From Anaerolineae bacterium (GTDB taxonomy: Bacteria; Chloroflexota; Anaerolineae; 4572-78; NAK82): a stretch of DNA of 64,000 nt. Below, in pieces: positions 36,352-46,186 of this stretch; positions within the stretch are counted from its first letter, which is position 1; each line of letters starts with the position of its first letter. Under the pieces are notes generated by a model. The model did no database searches. It saw nothing but the letters and a program-made list of their open reading frames with translations, and was not told the DNA's origin. Both the position numbers and the translations under genes were made by a program. The stretch spans positions 2,327-66,326 of the forward strand of contig DAOTVI010000043.1 of NCBI GenBank assembly GCA_034436775.1, in the 5' to 3' direction.

Positions 36352-37192
36352 GGTGGTGACCGATTCGACTTGTTATCTCCCCGAAGACGTGTTGCGCCAA
36401 CACGATATACACGTAGTGCCTCTCAACGTGCACTTCGGTCAACACACCTATCGTGAAGGGGTTGATCTGACCCCGGAGCAATTTTATCACCTGTTGGCCG
36501 CTTCCCCCGTTCTGCCCACCACATCCCAACCTTCGCCCGGGGAATTTCGTCAAGTGTTCGCCGAACTGAGCTCCGCCGGGTATCAGACACTGTGTCTGGT
36601 GATCTCCAGCCGTCTGAGTGGCACCTATCAGAGCGCTATCGAGGCTCAGCAAATGCTTGCAGGGGTTCCCGTTGTGGTGTTTGACTCGCTTTCGGTGGCG
36701 GCCGGGCTCGCGCTGATGGTGCTCACAGCTGCCGAGATGGCCGCAGCGGGATATCCAATGGAGGTCATCCTGGAACGTTTGGAACAGCTCCGCCACGATG
36801 TTCGGCTTTATTTTATTGTGGACACGTTGGAGTACCTCCAGAAGGGCGGACGGATTGGCAAGGCGGCGGCACTCCTCGGTTCACTGCTCGAGATTAAACC
36901 GATCCTCGCCATTCAGGATGGGATCGTCCAACCTCTGGACAGGGCACGTAGCAAGCCCAAAGCGTTTGAGCGCCTGCTCGAACATTTCGAGGCAGGACTG
37001 GAACCAGGACAGACCTTACAATGTATCCTTGTGCATGCCCAAGCATTGAACGAAGCACAGCAACTGGCAGCTGAGCTGCAACGGCGTTTCCATTGCAGAC
37101 GCATACTCACCACAGAGGTGGGCGCTGTGGTCGGGACCCATGTCGGGCCCGGCGTCGTGGGCGCTGCCCTCGCTCCAATAGAGGACCGGTAG
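36344..37192 (+). CDS. DegV-family fatty-acid-binding protein (FakB-like)
   Basis: The GTG start overlaps the upstream stop by 8 nt. MIKVVTDSTCYLP, TSQPSPGEF and LSGTYQSA motifs. Confidence 0.9.
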   Translation: MIKVVTDSTCYLPEDVLRQHDIHVVPLNVHFGQHTYREGVDLTPEQFYHLLAASPVLPTTSQPSPGEFRQVFAELSSAGYQTLCLVISSRLSGTYQSAIEAQQMLAGVPVVVFDSLSVAAGLALMVLTAAEMAAAGYPMEVILERLEQLRHDVRLYFIVDTLEYLQKGGRIGKAAALLGSLLEIKPILAIQDGIVQPLDRARSKPKAFERLLEHFEAGLEPGQTLQCILVHAQALNEAQQLAAELQRRFHCRRILTTEVGAVVGTHVGPGVVGAALAPIEDR

Positions 37193-37215
37193 ATCTTCAC
37201 CCCTCGTTCCGATTT

Positions 37216-37255
37216 CTAACACATTGCTAACATTGCTCTTATTTCACTCTAATAT
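37216..37255 (+). promoter_or_regulatory. Four direct repeats in 11-bp phase (CTAACA, CTAACA, CTTATT, CTAATA) ending in a TAATAT -10-like hexamer
   Basis: Repeat starts at 37216, 37227, 37238 and 37249. TAATAT at 37250-37255. The core TAAC(A) is shared with the pstS array. Confidence 0.3.
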
Positions 37256-37487
37256 AAGCCTCCTTAGGATAATAAGCGCGTGTGAAGTTCTTCGGTTCTT
37301 AGCGCCCAGCGCAACTTCGAGATCGGAGAATGCTTTGCTTTGTGTGCGATGGGTGGAATGATTGCAACCGTTCACGCGCATGGAGGGTTCACTCCCGAGA
37401 GTTTGCTCCATCGATCAACCAAGGGGCTGCTAGAGCTGCAACGGTAGAACCACAAGATTGCGGATCGGATGGAGGGTGAATAACGGG

Positions 37488-39806
37488 ATGTCGCCACAAC
37501 GCATGTCGCGAGCGCGTATCGCTTTCATCGGCAACCATCTGCCGCGTCAATGTGGTATCGCCACCTTTACAACCGATTTGTGTCAGGCGATCGCGCGCGA
37601 ATATGAACAAACCACCTGCCTGGTGGTTGCGATCAACGACATACCCAATGGCTATCGTTATCCATCCCGGGTCTGGTTTGAGATCGCAGAACAGGACATC
37701 GCGGCATATCGGCAGGCGGCGGACTTCCTAAACTTCAACAATGTCGATTTGGTCTGCCTGCAGCATGAATACGGCATCTTCGGTGGCCCGGCAGGCAGTC
37801 ACATCCTAGCGTTGTTGCGTGAATTGCGCATGCCAGTTGTCACCACCTTGCACACCGTCCTACGGGAACCCAACCCCCATCAGCGTATCGTGATGGAAGA
37901 GTTGGCGCAGCTCTCCGACCGGTTGATTGTAATGAGCCAGCGTGCGGTCAGCTTCTTGCAGGAGATCTATCACGTCCCGGCCGATAAAATTGATATGATT
38001 CATCACGGCATCCCCGACTTCGCGTTCATTGATCCGAACTTTTACAAGGATCAATTCGGCGTTGAGGGGAAGAAGGTTTTGCTCACATTTGGCCTGATCT
38101 CCCCCAACAAGGGCATTGAATATGTCATTGAGGCCCTACCTGCTATACGCCGGCGTCACCCTGACGTGGTGTACATCGTGTTAGGCGCCACCCATCCCCA
38201 TGTCAAGCGCCGCGAGGGTGAGGATTATCGGCTGAGGCTCCAGCGACTGGCACGGGAGCTGGGCGTCGAAAATCATGTAATCTTCCACAACCGCTTCGTA
38301 CGCCTGGAGGAATTGATGGAATTCATCGGCGCTGCCGATATCTATCTGACCCCTTACCTCAATCCCGAACAGATCGTTTCGGGCACACTGGCATATACGT
38401 TGGGCGCCGGTAAAGCGGTCATTTCAACGCCTTACTGGTATGCCGAAGAACTGCTGGCCGATGGACGCGGGATGCTGGTGCCCTTCCGCAACTCGCAGGC
38501 GATAGCCGAGACAGTTATCGAAATGCTCGATAATGAGGTGGTGCGTCACACGATGCGCAAGCGCGCCTATCAATTTGGCCGTGAGATGATCTGGTCAACT
38601 GTGGCGCACCGTTACATGGAGAGCTTCGAGCGTGCTCACCACGACCGGGTGCTCCACCCGCGTCCCGCCTTTGTCGCCCGGACGATGGGACAGGAGATGG
38701 GCGAGTTGCCCACGCTCAAGCTGGATCACTTATATCGCCTTACTGATAACACGGGCATTCTGCAGCATGCCGTGTTTACCGTCCCTAACTACGACGAAGG
38801 TTATACCACCGACGACAACGCGCGCGCGTTGTTGGTCGCCGTGTTGTTGGAAGAGATGGAGGGCGGCTCTTCTGAGGAGGCAGGTCGGTTGGGCGCCCGC
38901 TATCTAGCGTTTCTCTGGCACGCGTTCAACACGCAATCAGGCCGTTTCCGCAACTTCGCGGCTTTCAATCGCGAATGGCAGGAGGAAGTGGGCTCAGAAG
39001 ACAGCCACGGGCGCGCGCTATGGGCTTTAGGGAGCTTGCTGGGACGTTCTATGGATGATGGGCTCCATGGGGCGGCCAACCGACTGTTCCATATGGCCCT
39101 ACCCGCCGCGCTGGAATTCACCAGCCCACGCGCCTGGGCATTTATCCTGATCGGGTTACACGACTATTTGCGCCGTATCCCTGGCGATCGCATCGCTCAG
39201 AACGTGCTGGAGACGTTGAGCGAACGCCTGTGGAAGCTGTACCAGGATCATGCCACTCCTGACTGGCCATGGTGCGAGGAGATCGTGAGCTATTGCAACG
39301 CTCACCTAGCCCAGGCGCTGTTGTTGTGGGGCATTTATACCGATTGTGCGGAGATCATCCAACAGGCACTTCGATCATTGGAATGGTTGGCGGAAGTCCA
39401 GTGTGCTCCAGAGGGTCATTTCGTGCCCATCGGGAATCACGGGTTCTATCGGCGTGGTGGGGAGCGTGCTCGTTTTGATCAGCAGCCGGTCGAGGCACAC
39501 GCTATGGTGGCCGCCTGCCTGACGGCTTATCGGGCCACAGGAGATGATCGCTGGTATGCGGAAGCCAGACGTGCGTTTGAATGGTTCTTAGGACGCAACG
39601 ATCTGCACCTTCCGCTGTATGACCCGGTCTCAGGTGGATGCCGAGACGGTTTACATCCCGACCGTGCCAACGAGAACCAGGGAGCCGAGGCGACGCTCTC
39701 GTTTCTGTTGTCCTTGATGGAAATGTCCCTTGCCAAGCGGCTTCTGGAGCCATTACCGGGAGCTCCTTACGACCATAGAGTCATCCGCATCGGACACGGG
39801 AGGTGA
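37488..39806 (+). CDS. Two-domain protein: GT4 glycosyltransferase + C-terminal helical (alpha/alpha-toroid-like) domain
   Basis: IAFIGNHLPRQCGIATFTTDL start, GT-B body through about aa 390, then about 380 aa of helical repeat sequence (DDNARALL, GRALWALG, CNAHLAQALL, NQGAEATLSFL). Confidence 0.8.
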   Translation: MSPQRMSRARIAFIGNHLPRQCGIATFTTDLCQAIAREYEQTTCLVVAINDIPNGYRYPSRVWFEIAEQDIAAYRQAADFLNFNNVDLVCLQHEYGIFGGPAGSHILALLRELRMPVVTTLHTVLREPNPHQRIVMEELAQLSDRLIVMSQRAVSFLQEIYHVPADKIDMIHHGIPDFAFIDPNFYKDQFGVEGKKVLLTFGLISPNKGIEYVIEALPAIRRRHPDVVYIVLGATHPHVKRREGEDYRLRLQRLARELGVENHVIFHNRFVRLEELMEFIGAADIYLTPYLNPEQIVSGTLAYTLGAGKAVISTPYWYAEELLADGRGMLVPFRNSQAIAETVIEMLDNEVVRHTMRKRAYQFGREMIWSTVAHRYMESFERAHHDRVLHPRPAFVARTMGQEMGELPTLKLDHLYRLTDNTGILQHAVFTVPNYDEGYTTDDNARALLVAVLLEEMEGGSSEEAGRLGARYLAFLWHAFNTQSGRFRNFAAFNREWQEEVGSEDSHGRALWALGSLLGRSMDDGLHGAANRLFHMALPAALEFTSPRAWAFILIGLHDYLRRIPGDRIAQNVLETLSERLWKLYQDHATPDWPWCEEIVSYCNAHLAQALLLWGIYTDCAEIIQQALRSLEWLAEVQCAPEGHFVPIGNHGFYRRGGERARFDQQPVEAHAMVAACLTAYRATGDDRWYAEARRAFEWFLGRNDLHLPLYDPVSGGCRDGLHPDRANENQGAEATLSFLLSLMEMSLAKRLLEPLPGAPYDHRVIRIGHGR

Positions 39807-39808
39807 CT

Positions 39809-40834
39809 ATGAGCGCTTCGTCGCATCGGTACAGTGTTCTCTTTCACCGCCATCCCCAAAATCCTATCCTCACCGCGGCCGATTGGCCCTATCCGGTCAA
39901 CAGCGTCTTTAATCCAGGCGTGACGCGTCTGCTGGATGGCAGCACCCTGCTGCTGTGTCGAGTCGAGGACCGACGGGGACATTCGCACTTTTGTGCAGCC
40001 CGTTCACGCAACGGGGTCGACGGATGGCAGATCGACCCACAGCCCACCTTGATGCCCGATCCGGAGCGCTACCCCGAGGAAATCTGGGGGATTGAGGATC
40101 CGCGCATCACCTACGTACCTGAGATGGGCTGTTATGTTATCGCCTATACCTCCTATTCGCGTGGTGGGCCTGGCGTGTCGTTGGCATTGACGCGCGACTT
40201 TGTCACTTTTGAACGTTATGGAGTGGTGATGCCTCCCGAGGACAAGGACGCGGCGCTGTTTCCACGCCGCATCGGGGATTATTGGGCGTTAATCCACCGT
40301 CCGGTCACCCCATTGGGCGCCCATATGTGGATTTCATATTCACCCGATCTGCGGCACTGGGGGAATCACCGAATCTTGATCGAAGCCAGGCGCGGCGCCT
40401 GGTGGGATGCTTATAAAATCGGCCTCTGTACACCTCCGATCGAGACCCATGAGGGTTGGTTGATCATTTACCATGGTGTGCGGCAGACGGCAGGAGGCTG
40501 TCTGTATCGACTCGGGCTGGCGCTGTTGGATCTCGAGAATCCCCAGCGCTGCTTACTACGGGGAGACACTTGGATCTTTGGTCCCGAAGCGCCTTACGAA
40601 CGCGAAGGAGATGTTGATAACGTGGTCTTCCCATGCGGCTATACTCTGGGCGATGATGGGGACACGCTGTACCTGTACTACGGCGCAGCGGACACCTGTA
40701 TCGCGCTGGCGACCGGAAGTGTGCGGGCTCTGCTGGACTGGTTGAAGCAAAATGGCAGACCTCTTACCTACGATTGGCAACGTCAAGGAGCAAAGGAGAT
40801 AGAGATTTCTAATGATTTTCTAGCGCGCACCTAA
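39809..40834 (+). CDS. GH130-family beta-mannoside phosphorylase/hydrolase
   Basis: GGGAGG RBS 5 nt before the ATG at 39809. NPILTAADWPYPVNSVFNPG, GIEDPRITY and DKDAALFPR motifs typical of GH130/DUF377. Confidence 0.85.
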   Translation: MSASSHRYSVLFHRHPQNPILTAADWPYPVNSVFNPGVTRLLDGSTLLLCRVEDRRGHSHFCAARSRNGVDGWQIDPQPTLMPDPERYPEEIWGIEDPRITYVPEMGCYVIAYTSYSRGGPGVSLALTRDFVTFERYGVVMPPEDKDAALFPRRIGDYWALIHRPVTPLGAHMWISYSPDLRHWGNHRILIEARRGAWWDAYKIGLCTPPIETHEGWLIIYHGVRQTAGGCLYRLGLALLDLENPQRCLLRGDTWIFGPEAPYEREGDVDNVVFPCGYTLGDDGDTLYLYYGAADTCIALATGSVRALLDWLKQNGRPLTYDWQRQGAKEIEISNDFLART

Positions 40835-40897
40835 TCCTTCTTTAATCCATTGACCGAAAAGTGGATGTAAACTCAGACTGTCAGAGAGGAGGCGGAA

Positions 40898-42094
40898 ATG
40901 ATGAAGCACATCACCCATTCACTCATCACAGGCATCGTAGTGTTGACGTTGTTGGCTGCCCTGCCACAACTGGCCTGGGCGCAGACAGGCACAGAAAAAG
41001 AGAAACCGGCCTTCGAGGTCGGTCCACTGGCGCTCACCACTGCTTTCCCCAACCAGACGGTTGAGATGGGCGAAAATGTGAGCATTGACCTTAAGCTGCG
41101 CACGAGCACTGAGCCGCAGATAGCGTGGCTGGAGGTCACCGAACTGCCCGAAGGCTGGGAAGCGTCGTTCCGTGGAGGCGCCAAGGTCATTTCAGCTGCC
41201 TATGTCGAACCAGGCACCGACACGAACATCACGCTCAGGCTGGAGCCATCGGACACTATCAAAGCAGGTACATATCGCTTTGTCGTGCGGGCGAAGAGCG
41301 AGCGCGCAGAAGCGACCTTGCCGTTGGAAATCACTGTCCAGGAGAAGTTGCCACCCAGCCTGTCGCTGACGGTGGATTTGCCCACCCTGCGCGGCAAGCC
41401 GAACACTACATTCCGCTACAACGCCACGCTGAAAAACGAGGGTGATGAGAATCTGGCGGTCAACTTGATCGCGGATGCACCTCCTGGATTCATTGTGACT
41501 TTCAAGACAGCGGGTCAGGAAGTGACCAGTGTGCCGCTCGATGCCAATCAATCCAAGAGCTTGAGCGTCGAAGCGCGGGCATTTCCGGATCTGCCTGCCG
41601 GCAGCTATCCGATCACTGTGCGTGCGGAGGGCGGTGAAGCGCGCGCAACCTTGAACCTGACTGCCGAGGTCACCGGCGAGGCAGATCTGACCGTAACCGC
41701 GCCGGACGGACGCCTTTCGGGCACGGCATATGCCGGCAGTGAATCGCCTCTGAAGGTGATCATCCGCAACACCGGCAGCGCACCAGCGCGTGCCATCACG
41801 CTCAGCTCCAGCGAGCCTGCCGGCTGGTCTGTCGAGTTCGTGCCCAAGGAAATTGATGAGATACCCGCCGGTCAGCAGGCAGAAGTGACCGCCAAGATCC
41901 GGCCTTCTGACAAGGCGCTTGCCGGCGACTATATGGTTACGGTGCGTGCTCAACCTACCGACGGCAGTACCAAATCGGCCGACTTCCGCATCACGGTGCT
42001 GACGACGACGCTCTGGGGTGTGGTAGGCGTGGTGTTGATCGCTGTGGCGGTTGGCGTAGTGGCGATCGCGGTGTTGCGCTTCGGTCGCCGCTGA
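40898..42094 (+). CDS. Exported NEW3/CARDB-like three-repeat protein with C-terminal TM anchor (COG1470-like)
   Basis: Signal peptide ...LAALPQLAWA. Three about 100-aa modules, each ending AG(T/S/D)Y..(V/I)(V/T)VRA. C-terminal TM segment LWGVVGVVLIAVAVGVVAIAVL followed by RFGRR. Confidence 0.7.
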   Translation: MMKHITHSLITGIVVLTLLAALPQLAWAQTGTEKEKPAFEVGPLALTTAFPNQTVEMGENVSIDLKLRTSTEPQIAWLEVTELPEGWEASFRGGAKVISAAYVEPGTDTNITLRLEPSDTIKAGTYRFVVRAKSERAEATLPLEITVQEKLPPSLSLTVDLPTLRGKPNTTFRYNATLKNEGDENLAVNLIADAPPGFIVTFKTAGQEVTSVPLDANQSKSLSVEARAFPDLPAGSYPITVRAEGGEARATLNLTAEVTGEADLTVTAPDGRLSGTAYAGSESPLKVIIRNTGSAPARAITLSSSEPAGWSVEFVPKEIDEIPAGQQAEVTAKIRPSDKALAGDYMVTVRAQPTDGSTKSADFRITVLTTTLWGVVGVVLIAVAVGVVAIAVLRFGRR

Positions 42095-42115
42095 TGCCGC
42101 CAGGAGGGTGAGACT

Positions 42116-43066
42116 ATGGGCGAACTGGTGGTCGAGACGCACGACCTGACCAAGAAATATGGCGACCTGGTCGCCGTGGATAAGTTGAACCTAAGCATCC
42201 GTCAGGGCGAGGTGTTTGGGATTCTGGGGCCCAACGGATCAGGCAAGACAACCACCATCCTGATGCTCCTCGGCCTGACGGAGCCCACCTCCGGCAGCGT
42301 GCGCGTGCTCGGCCTCGACCCGGCTCGCCAACCGCTCAGTGTCAAGGCACGCGTGGGCTATATGCCGGACGAAGTGGGGTTCTACGATGAGCTCAGCGCG
42401 CGGGTGAACTTGATCTACATTGCCAAGCTCAACAACCTGCCCCGCGCCGAAGCGCATCGTCGCATCGAGGAAGCTCTGACGCGCATGGGGCTGCACGATG
42501 TCGCCGATCAACCGGTCAGAACTTTTTCGCGCGGCATGCGCCGCCGCCTGGGCGTGGCCGAAGTGCTGCTCAAACGGCCCCAACTGGTCATCCTGGACGA
42601 ACCCACGCAGGGGCTGGACCCAGAAGGTGCGCGCGAGTTCCTGAACATCATCCGCGGCCTGAAGCAGGATGGCATTACTGTCCTCCTCTCCTCCCACCTG
42701 TTGCATCAGGTGCAGGCCGTCTGCGACCGGGTGGGGTTGTTCCACCGCGGACGGATGGTGCTTGAGGGCAGCGTGCCTGAGCTGGCGCAGAAAGTGCTGG
42801 CTGGCGCCTATCACGTCTGGTTGCAGGTGGAAGGGCCGGAGGAGGCTATCCAGGAAGCGCTGCGCCAGCTGCCTGGCGCCCAAGACGTGACACGCGAAGA
42901 CCACAATCGCTATCGCGTGGTGGCCTCGGAAGACCTGCGTGCCGAGGCGGCGCGCGCGGTGGTGCAGGCCGGCGGACAACTATTGAGCTTGGGCGTAGAA
43001 ATGCCCAGCCTGGATGACATCTATGCCCGATACTTCGAGGAGGTGCACCATGGCACGGCAACCTGA
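42116..43066 (+). CDS. ABC-2-type transporter ATP-binding protein
   Basis: GGAGGGTGAG RBS. Walker [10 protein letters not shown], signature FSRGMRRRL, Walker [12 protein letters not shown]. Confidence 0.9.
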   Translation: MGELVVETHDLTKKYGDLVAVDKLNLSIRQGEVFGILGPNGSGKTTTILMLLGLTEPTSGSVRVLGLDPARQPLSVKARVGYMPDEVGFYDELSARVNLIYIAKLNNLPRAEAHRRIEEALTRMGLHDVADQPVRTFSRGMRRRLGVAEVLLKRPQLVILDEPTQGLDPEGAREFLNIIRGLKQDGITVLLSSHLLHQVQAVCDRVGLFHRGRMVLEGSVPELAQKVLAGAYHVWLQVEGPEEAIQEALRQLPGAQDVTREDHNRYRVVASEDLRAEAARAVVQAGGQLLSLGVEMPSLDDIYARYFEEVHHGTAT

Positions 43067-44039
43067 GCAACCACGGGAGAGAATACGTGGTCGTGAGGGG
43101 TCACCCTGGAGCGGTCTTTGGGCCGTGGTGGCAAAGGAGATGGCAGATCACCTCACCGGGATGCGGATGCGCATCCTGGAGATCCTGATTGTCTTGACAG
43201 CGGTTGGCACGGTGTACGCCGCGACGCAGAATCTGCGAGAGACGGTGGGGCAGGACCCGTTTATCCTGCTGCGCCTCTTCACCACCTCACGTGAGCCGTT
43301 GCCCGCTTTCGTGGGCTTTCTCGGTTTCTTGGTACCGCTGATCGCCATTGCGCTGGCATTCGACAGCGTCAATGGAGAGTTCAGCCGGCGCACGATGTCG
43401 CGCATCCTGGCACAGCCGATCTACCGCGACGCGCTGCTATTGGGCAAATTTCTGGCGGGCATCTTCACGCTGGCGTTGGTGTTGGCAACCATCTGGTTGC
43501 TCATCATCGGTTCTGGGATGATCGGCTTGGGTGTGCCGCCCAGCGGCGAAGAGGTGGCGCGCAGCTTGTGGTTCCTGTTAGCGACCATTTTCTACGGAGG
43601 CATCTGGTTGTCGGTAGCTATGCTGTTTTCCATCATATTCCGCCAGCCTGCTACCGCAGCCCTGGCCTCCATTGCCACCTGGTTGTTCTTCACTGTCTTT
43701 TGGGGCATCCTGGCCGGCGTGCTGGCGCCCATCCTGCAGCCGGTGCGCTATGGATTCCCCGAGGAAATTTTGGCCCAGGCCCAGCTGGAGCTCACTCTGA
43801 CGCGCTTTTCACCTAACACGCTCTACACGGAGGTGATGTTGGCGCTGCTGCAGCCCACCGTCCGTTCGGTGGGATTGGTGCTGCCCATCCAGCTCCACGG
43901 TGCCGTACTGGGCACCCCGCTGCCGCTCAGTCAAAGTGTGCTGCTGGTGTGGCCGCAGCTGACCGGGTTAATCGCGGCCACCATTCTCCTGTTTGCGCTG
44001 GGGTATGTGCTGTTCCAGCGCCAAGAGATCCGTGCATAA
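43050..44039 (+). CDS. ABC-2-type transporter permease
   Basis: GAGGAGG RBS 6 nt before the ATG at 43050, giving a 17-nt overlap with the ATPase gene. Six predicted hydrophobic segments. Confidence 0.75.
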   Translation: MARQPEQPRERIRGREGSPWSGLWAVVAKEMADHLTGMRMRILEILIVLTAVGTVYAATQNLRETVGQDPFILLRLFTTSREPLPAFVGFLGFLVPLIAIALAFDSVNGEFSRRTMSRILAQPIYRDALLLGKFLAGIFTLALVLATIWLLIIGSGMIGLGVPPSGEEVARSLWFLLATIFYGGIWLSVAMLFSIIFRQPATAALASIATWLFFTVFWGILAGVLAPILQPVRYGFPEEILAQAQLELTLTRFSPNTLYTEVMLALLQPTVRSVGLVLPIQLHGAVLGTPLPLSQSVLLVWPQLTGLIAATILLFALGYVLFQRQEIRA

Positions 44040-44071
44040 GTGAGCGTGAAGCGCGGCACCTGAATTATCAG

Positions 44072-44115
44072 AAACCGTGCGCGTTCCCACTGAGGGGCGC
44101 GCACGGTTTGCTTTG
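44072..44115 (+). terminator. Rho-independent terminator candidate after the ABC-2 operon
   Basis: AAACCGTGCGCG (44072-44083) pairs with CGCGCACGGTTT (44098-44109) around a 14-nt loop, followed by GCTTTGG. Confidence 0.55.
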
Positions 44116-44304
44116 GAAAAATTCCCAGGTGTGTCCCTCCCTTGTTTCAACGCCCCTTTTTGTTACAGAAATCTGCGTGACCTGAGACCCTTTTAATGTA
44201 CTTTTGCGCCGCAACTTTGTCCTTTGGCAACCGAATTGGTACAATTGGAACGTTTAGAGAGTAGTTAGTACATCCATTCGGAAGATTGAGAGGCTTGTCG
44301 TCGG

Positions 44305-46044
44305 ATGCCTATTCATGTACTGCCGCCCGAGGTGGCGGCCAAGATCGCTGCCGGTGAGGTTATAGAACGTCCTGCCTCCGTAGTCAAGGAGCTGGTCGAG
44401 AATGCCCTCGACGCCGGCGCGCGCCACATCCGCATCGAGGTGCGGGAAGGTGGGCGGCGCCTCATCCGGGTCAGCGATGACGGCAGCGGCATCGCGCGTG
44501 CGGAGCTGTCGCTCGCCTTCGCCCGTCATGCCACCAGCAAGTTGCGCTCGCTAGAAGACTTGGAACGCATCCGCACACTGGGTTTCCGCGGGGAAGCGCT
44601 CGCTTCGATCGCAGCGGTGTCCCGTGTCACCATGATGAGCCGACAGGCGGACAGCCCCAGCGGCGCCATAATCCATCTTGAAGGGGGTGTGCAGACCCAC
44701 CAGACTGAGGTGGGAATGGCACCTGGCACAGTGGTAACGGTCGAGAATCTCTTCTACAACGTGCCAGCGCGTCTCAAGTTTCTCAAGGCGCCGGCCACTG
44801 AGGCCGGCCACATCCACCGCGTGGTGACCCGTTACGCGATGGCTTTTCCCGAGGTGCGCTTCCATCTCAGGATGGATGGGCGCGATGTGTTGCAAACCAG
44901 TGGCGATGGTTCGCTTTATAATGTCTTGCTCGAGCTGTTTGGTCCGGAGACCTGCCGCCAGCTGCTCGCGTTGCCAGAGCAAAATCTAGAGGAAAGTGAG
45001 ATCCCATCGCGGGCCTGGGTGAGCGGTTACGTGGGCACGCCGACATTGCACCACGCTCAACGCGATCACATCACCTTATTTGTCAACCGGCGATGGGTGC
45101 AGGATCGCCTGCTTTCCACAGCCATTGTACAGGCGTACCACACTATGTTGCCCAACGGCCGCTACCCTATGGCGGTGGTCAGCGTGACGCTCGATCCGTC
45201 CGAGGTGGACGTTAATGTGCATCCTGCCAAAAATGAGGTGAAATTTCGCGATCAGCACACAGTTTTTCGGATCGTGCAAGAGACGGTGCGCCGGGCGCTC
45301 TTGGAAAAAGGTTCCATTTCTCCGGCCATGCTTCGTTCCGAAAACGGAGTACCATCTACCATCGTGCCTTCCACCGAAGTCGGATGGCGCCAGCTAGCCC
45401 ACTTCGGGTTTGAAGCCCAACGTACCTTGGACGGTGCCGGTGCAGAAGAAGTGCCATCCCAAAGTCGGTTGCCGGTGTTGCGCGTCCTGGGACAGCTGGC
45501 TTTGACCTATGTGATTGCCGAAGGTCCGGATGGCCTCTATTTGATTGACCAACATGCGGCCCATGAGCGGGTGCTGTTCGAAGAGGTGAAGCGACAATGG
45601 GCAGCCGCTGTGGTGCCGACACAGCAATTGCTTCCCCCGTCCTTGGTGGAGCTGACGCCTGGACAGGCGGCTGTCCTCGAAGCCGAACGGGCGACGCTGG
45701 CCCGGCTTGGGTTCGAGATTGAGCCGTTTGGGGGTTACACCTATCGCCTGCGGGCGGTGCCGGAGATGCTGGCCATAGGTGATCCGGCGATGGCTCTGCG
45801 CGACATCCTGTCTGAGCTGGCCGAGGGCGGGGTACCGCTTATGCGGCATGCTGACGAACGAGTGATCACCACCGTGTGCAAGCGCGCGGCCATCAAAGCG
45901 GGCCAAGTGCTCTCTTTGCAAGAGATGCAAGAGCTCGTCCGTCGTTTGGAACAGTGCCAGGCGCCGCGCACGTGTCCGCATGGACGTCCCACGATGCTAT
46001 ACTGGAGCGCCGCCCAGCTCGCACGCGAATTCGGCCGCATATGA
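44305..46044 (+). CDS. mutL: DNA mismatch repair protein MutL
   Basis: IHVLPPEVAAKIAAGEVIERPASVVKELVENALDAG...GFRGEALASI. C-terminal endonuclease-type region. Confidence 0.95.
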   Translation: MPIHVLPPEVAAKIAAGEVIERPASVVKELVENALDAGARHIRIEVREGGRRLIRVSDDGSGIARAELSLAFARHATSKLRSLEDLERIRTLGFRGEALASIAAVSRVTMMSRQADSPSGAIIHLEGGVQTHQTEVGMAPGTVVTVENLFYNVPARLKFLKAPATEAGHIHRVVTRYAMAFPEVRFHLRMDGRDVLQTSGDGSLYNVLLELFGPETCRQLLALPEQNLEESEIPSRAWVSGYVGTPTLHHAQRDHITLFVNRRWVQDRLLSTAIVQAYHTMLPNGRYPMAVVSVTLDPSEVDVNVHPAKNEVKFRDQHTVFRIVQETVRRALLEKGSISPAMLRSENGVPSTIVPSTEVGWRQLAHFGFEAQRTLDGAGAEEVPSQSRLPVLRVLGQLALTYVIAEGPDGLYLIDQHAAHERVLFEEVKRQWAAAVVPTQQLLPPSLVELTPGQAAVLEAERATLARLGFEIEPFGGYTYRLRAVPEMLAIGDPAMALRDILSELAEGGVPLMRHADERVITTVCKRAAIKAGQVLSLQEMQELVRRLEQCQAPRTCPHGRPTMLYWSAAQLAREFGRI

Positions 46045-46186
46045 AATCAGAGCATTTCAACCACGTAGATACTACAGAAAAGTGTGTACACCCTAAGATT
46101 GCTAATCCGATTTTAATGTTTGTATCCATGCGCCGTGGTACAATAATGTGCGCCTTCACAGCCATTGCAGGCGGATGGTGAGTGGA

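Noticed and set aside
37330-37479. 49-aa Cys-containing ORF (MLCFVCDGWNDCNRS...) in the leader of the GT4 gene
   Set aside because: The GGAGA sits immediately against the ATG with essentially no spacing. There is no hydrophobic or repeat pattern typical of leader or RiPP peptides, and no maturase context. I kept it only as part of the long-leader observation.
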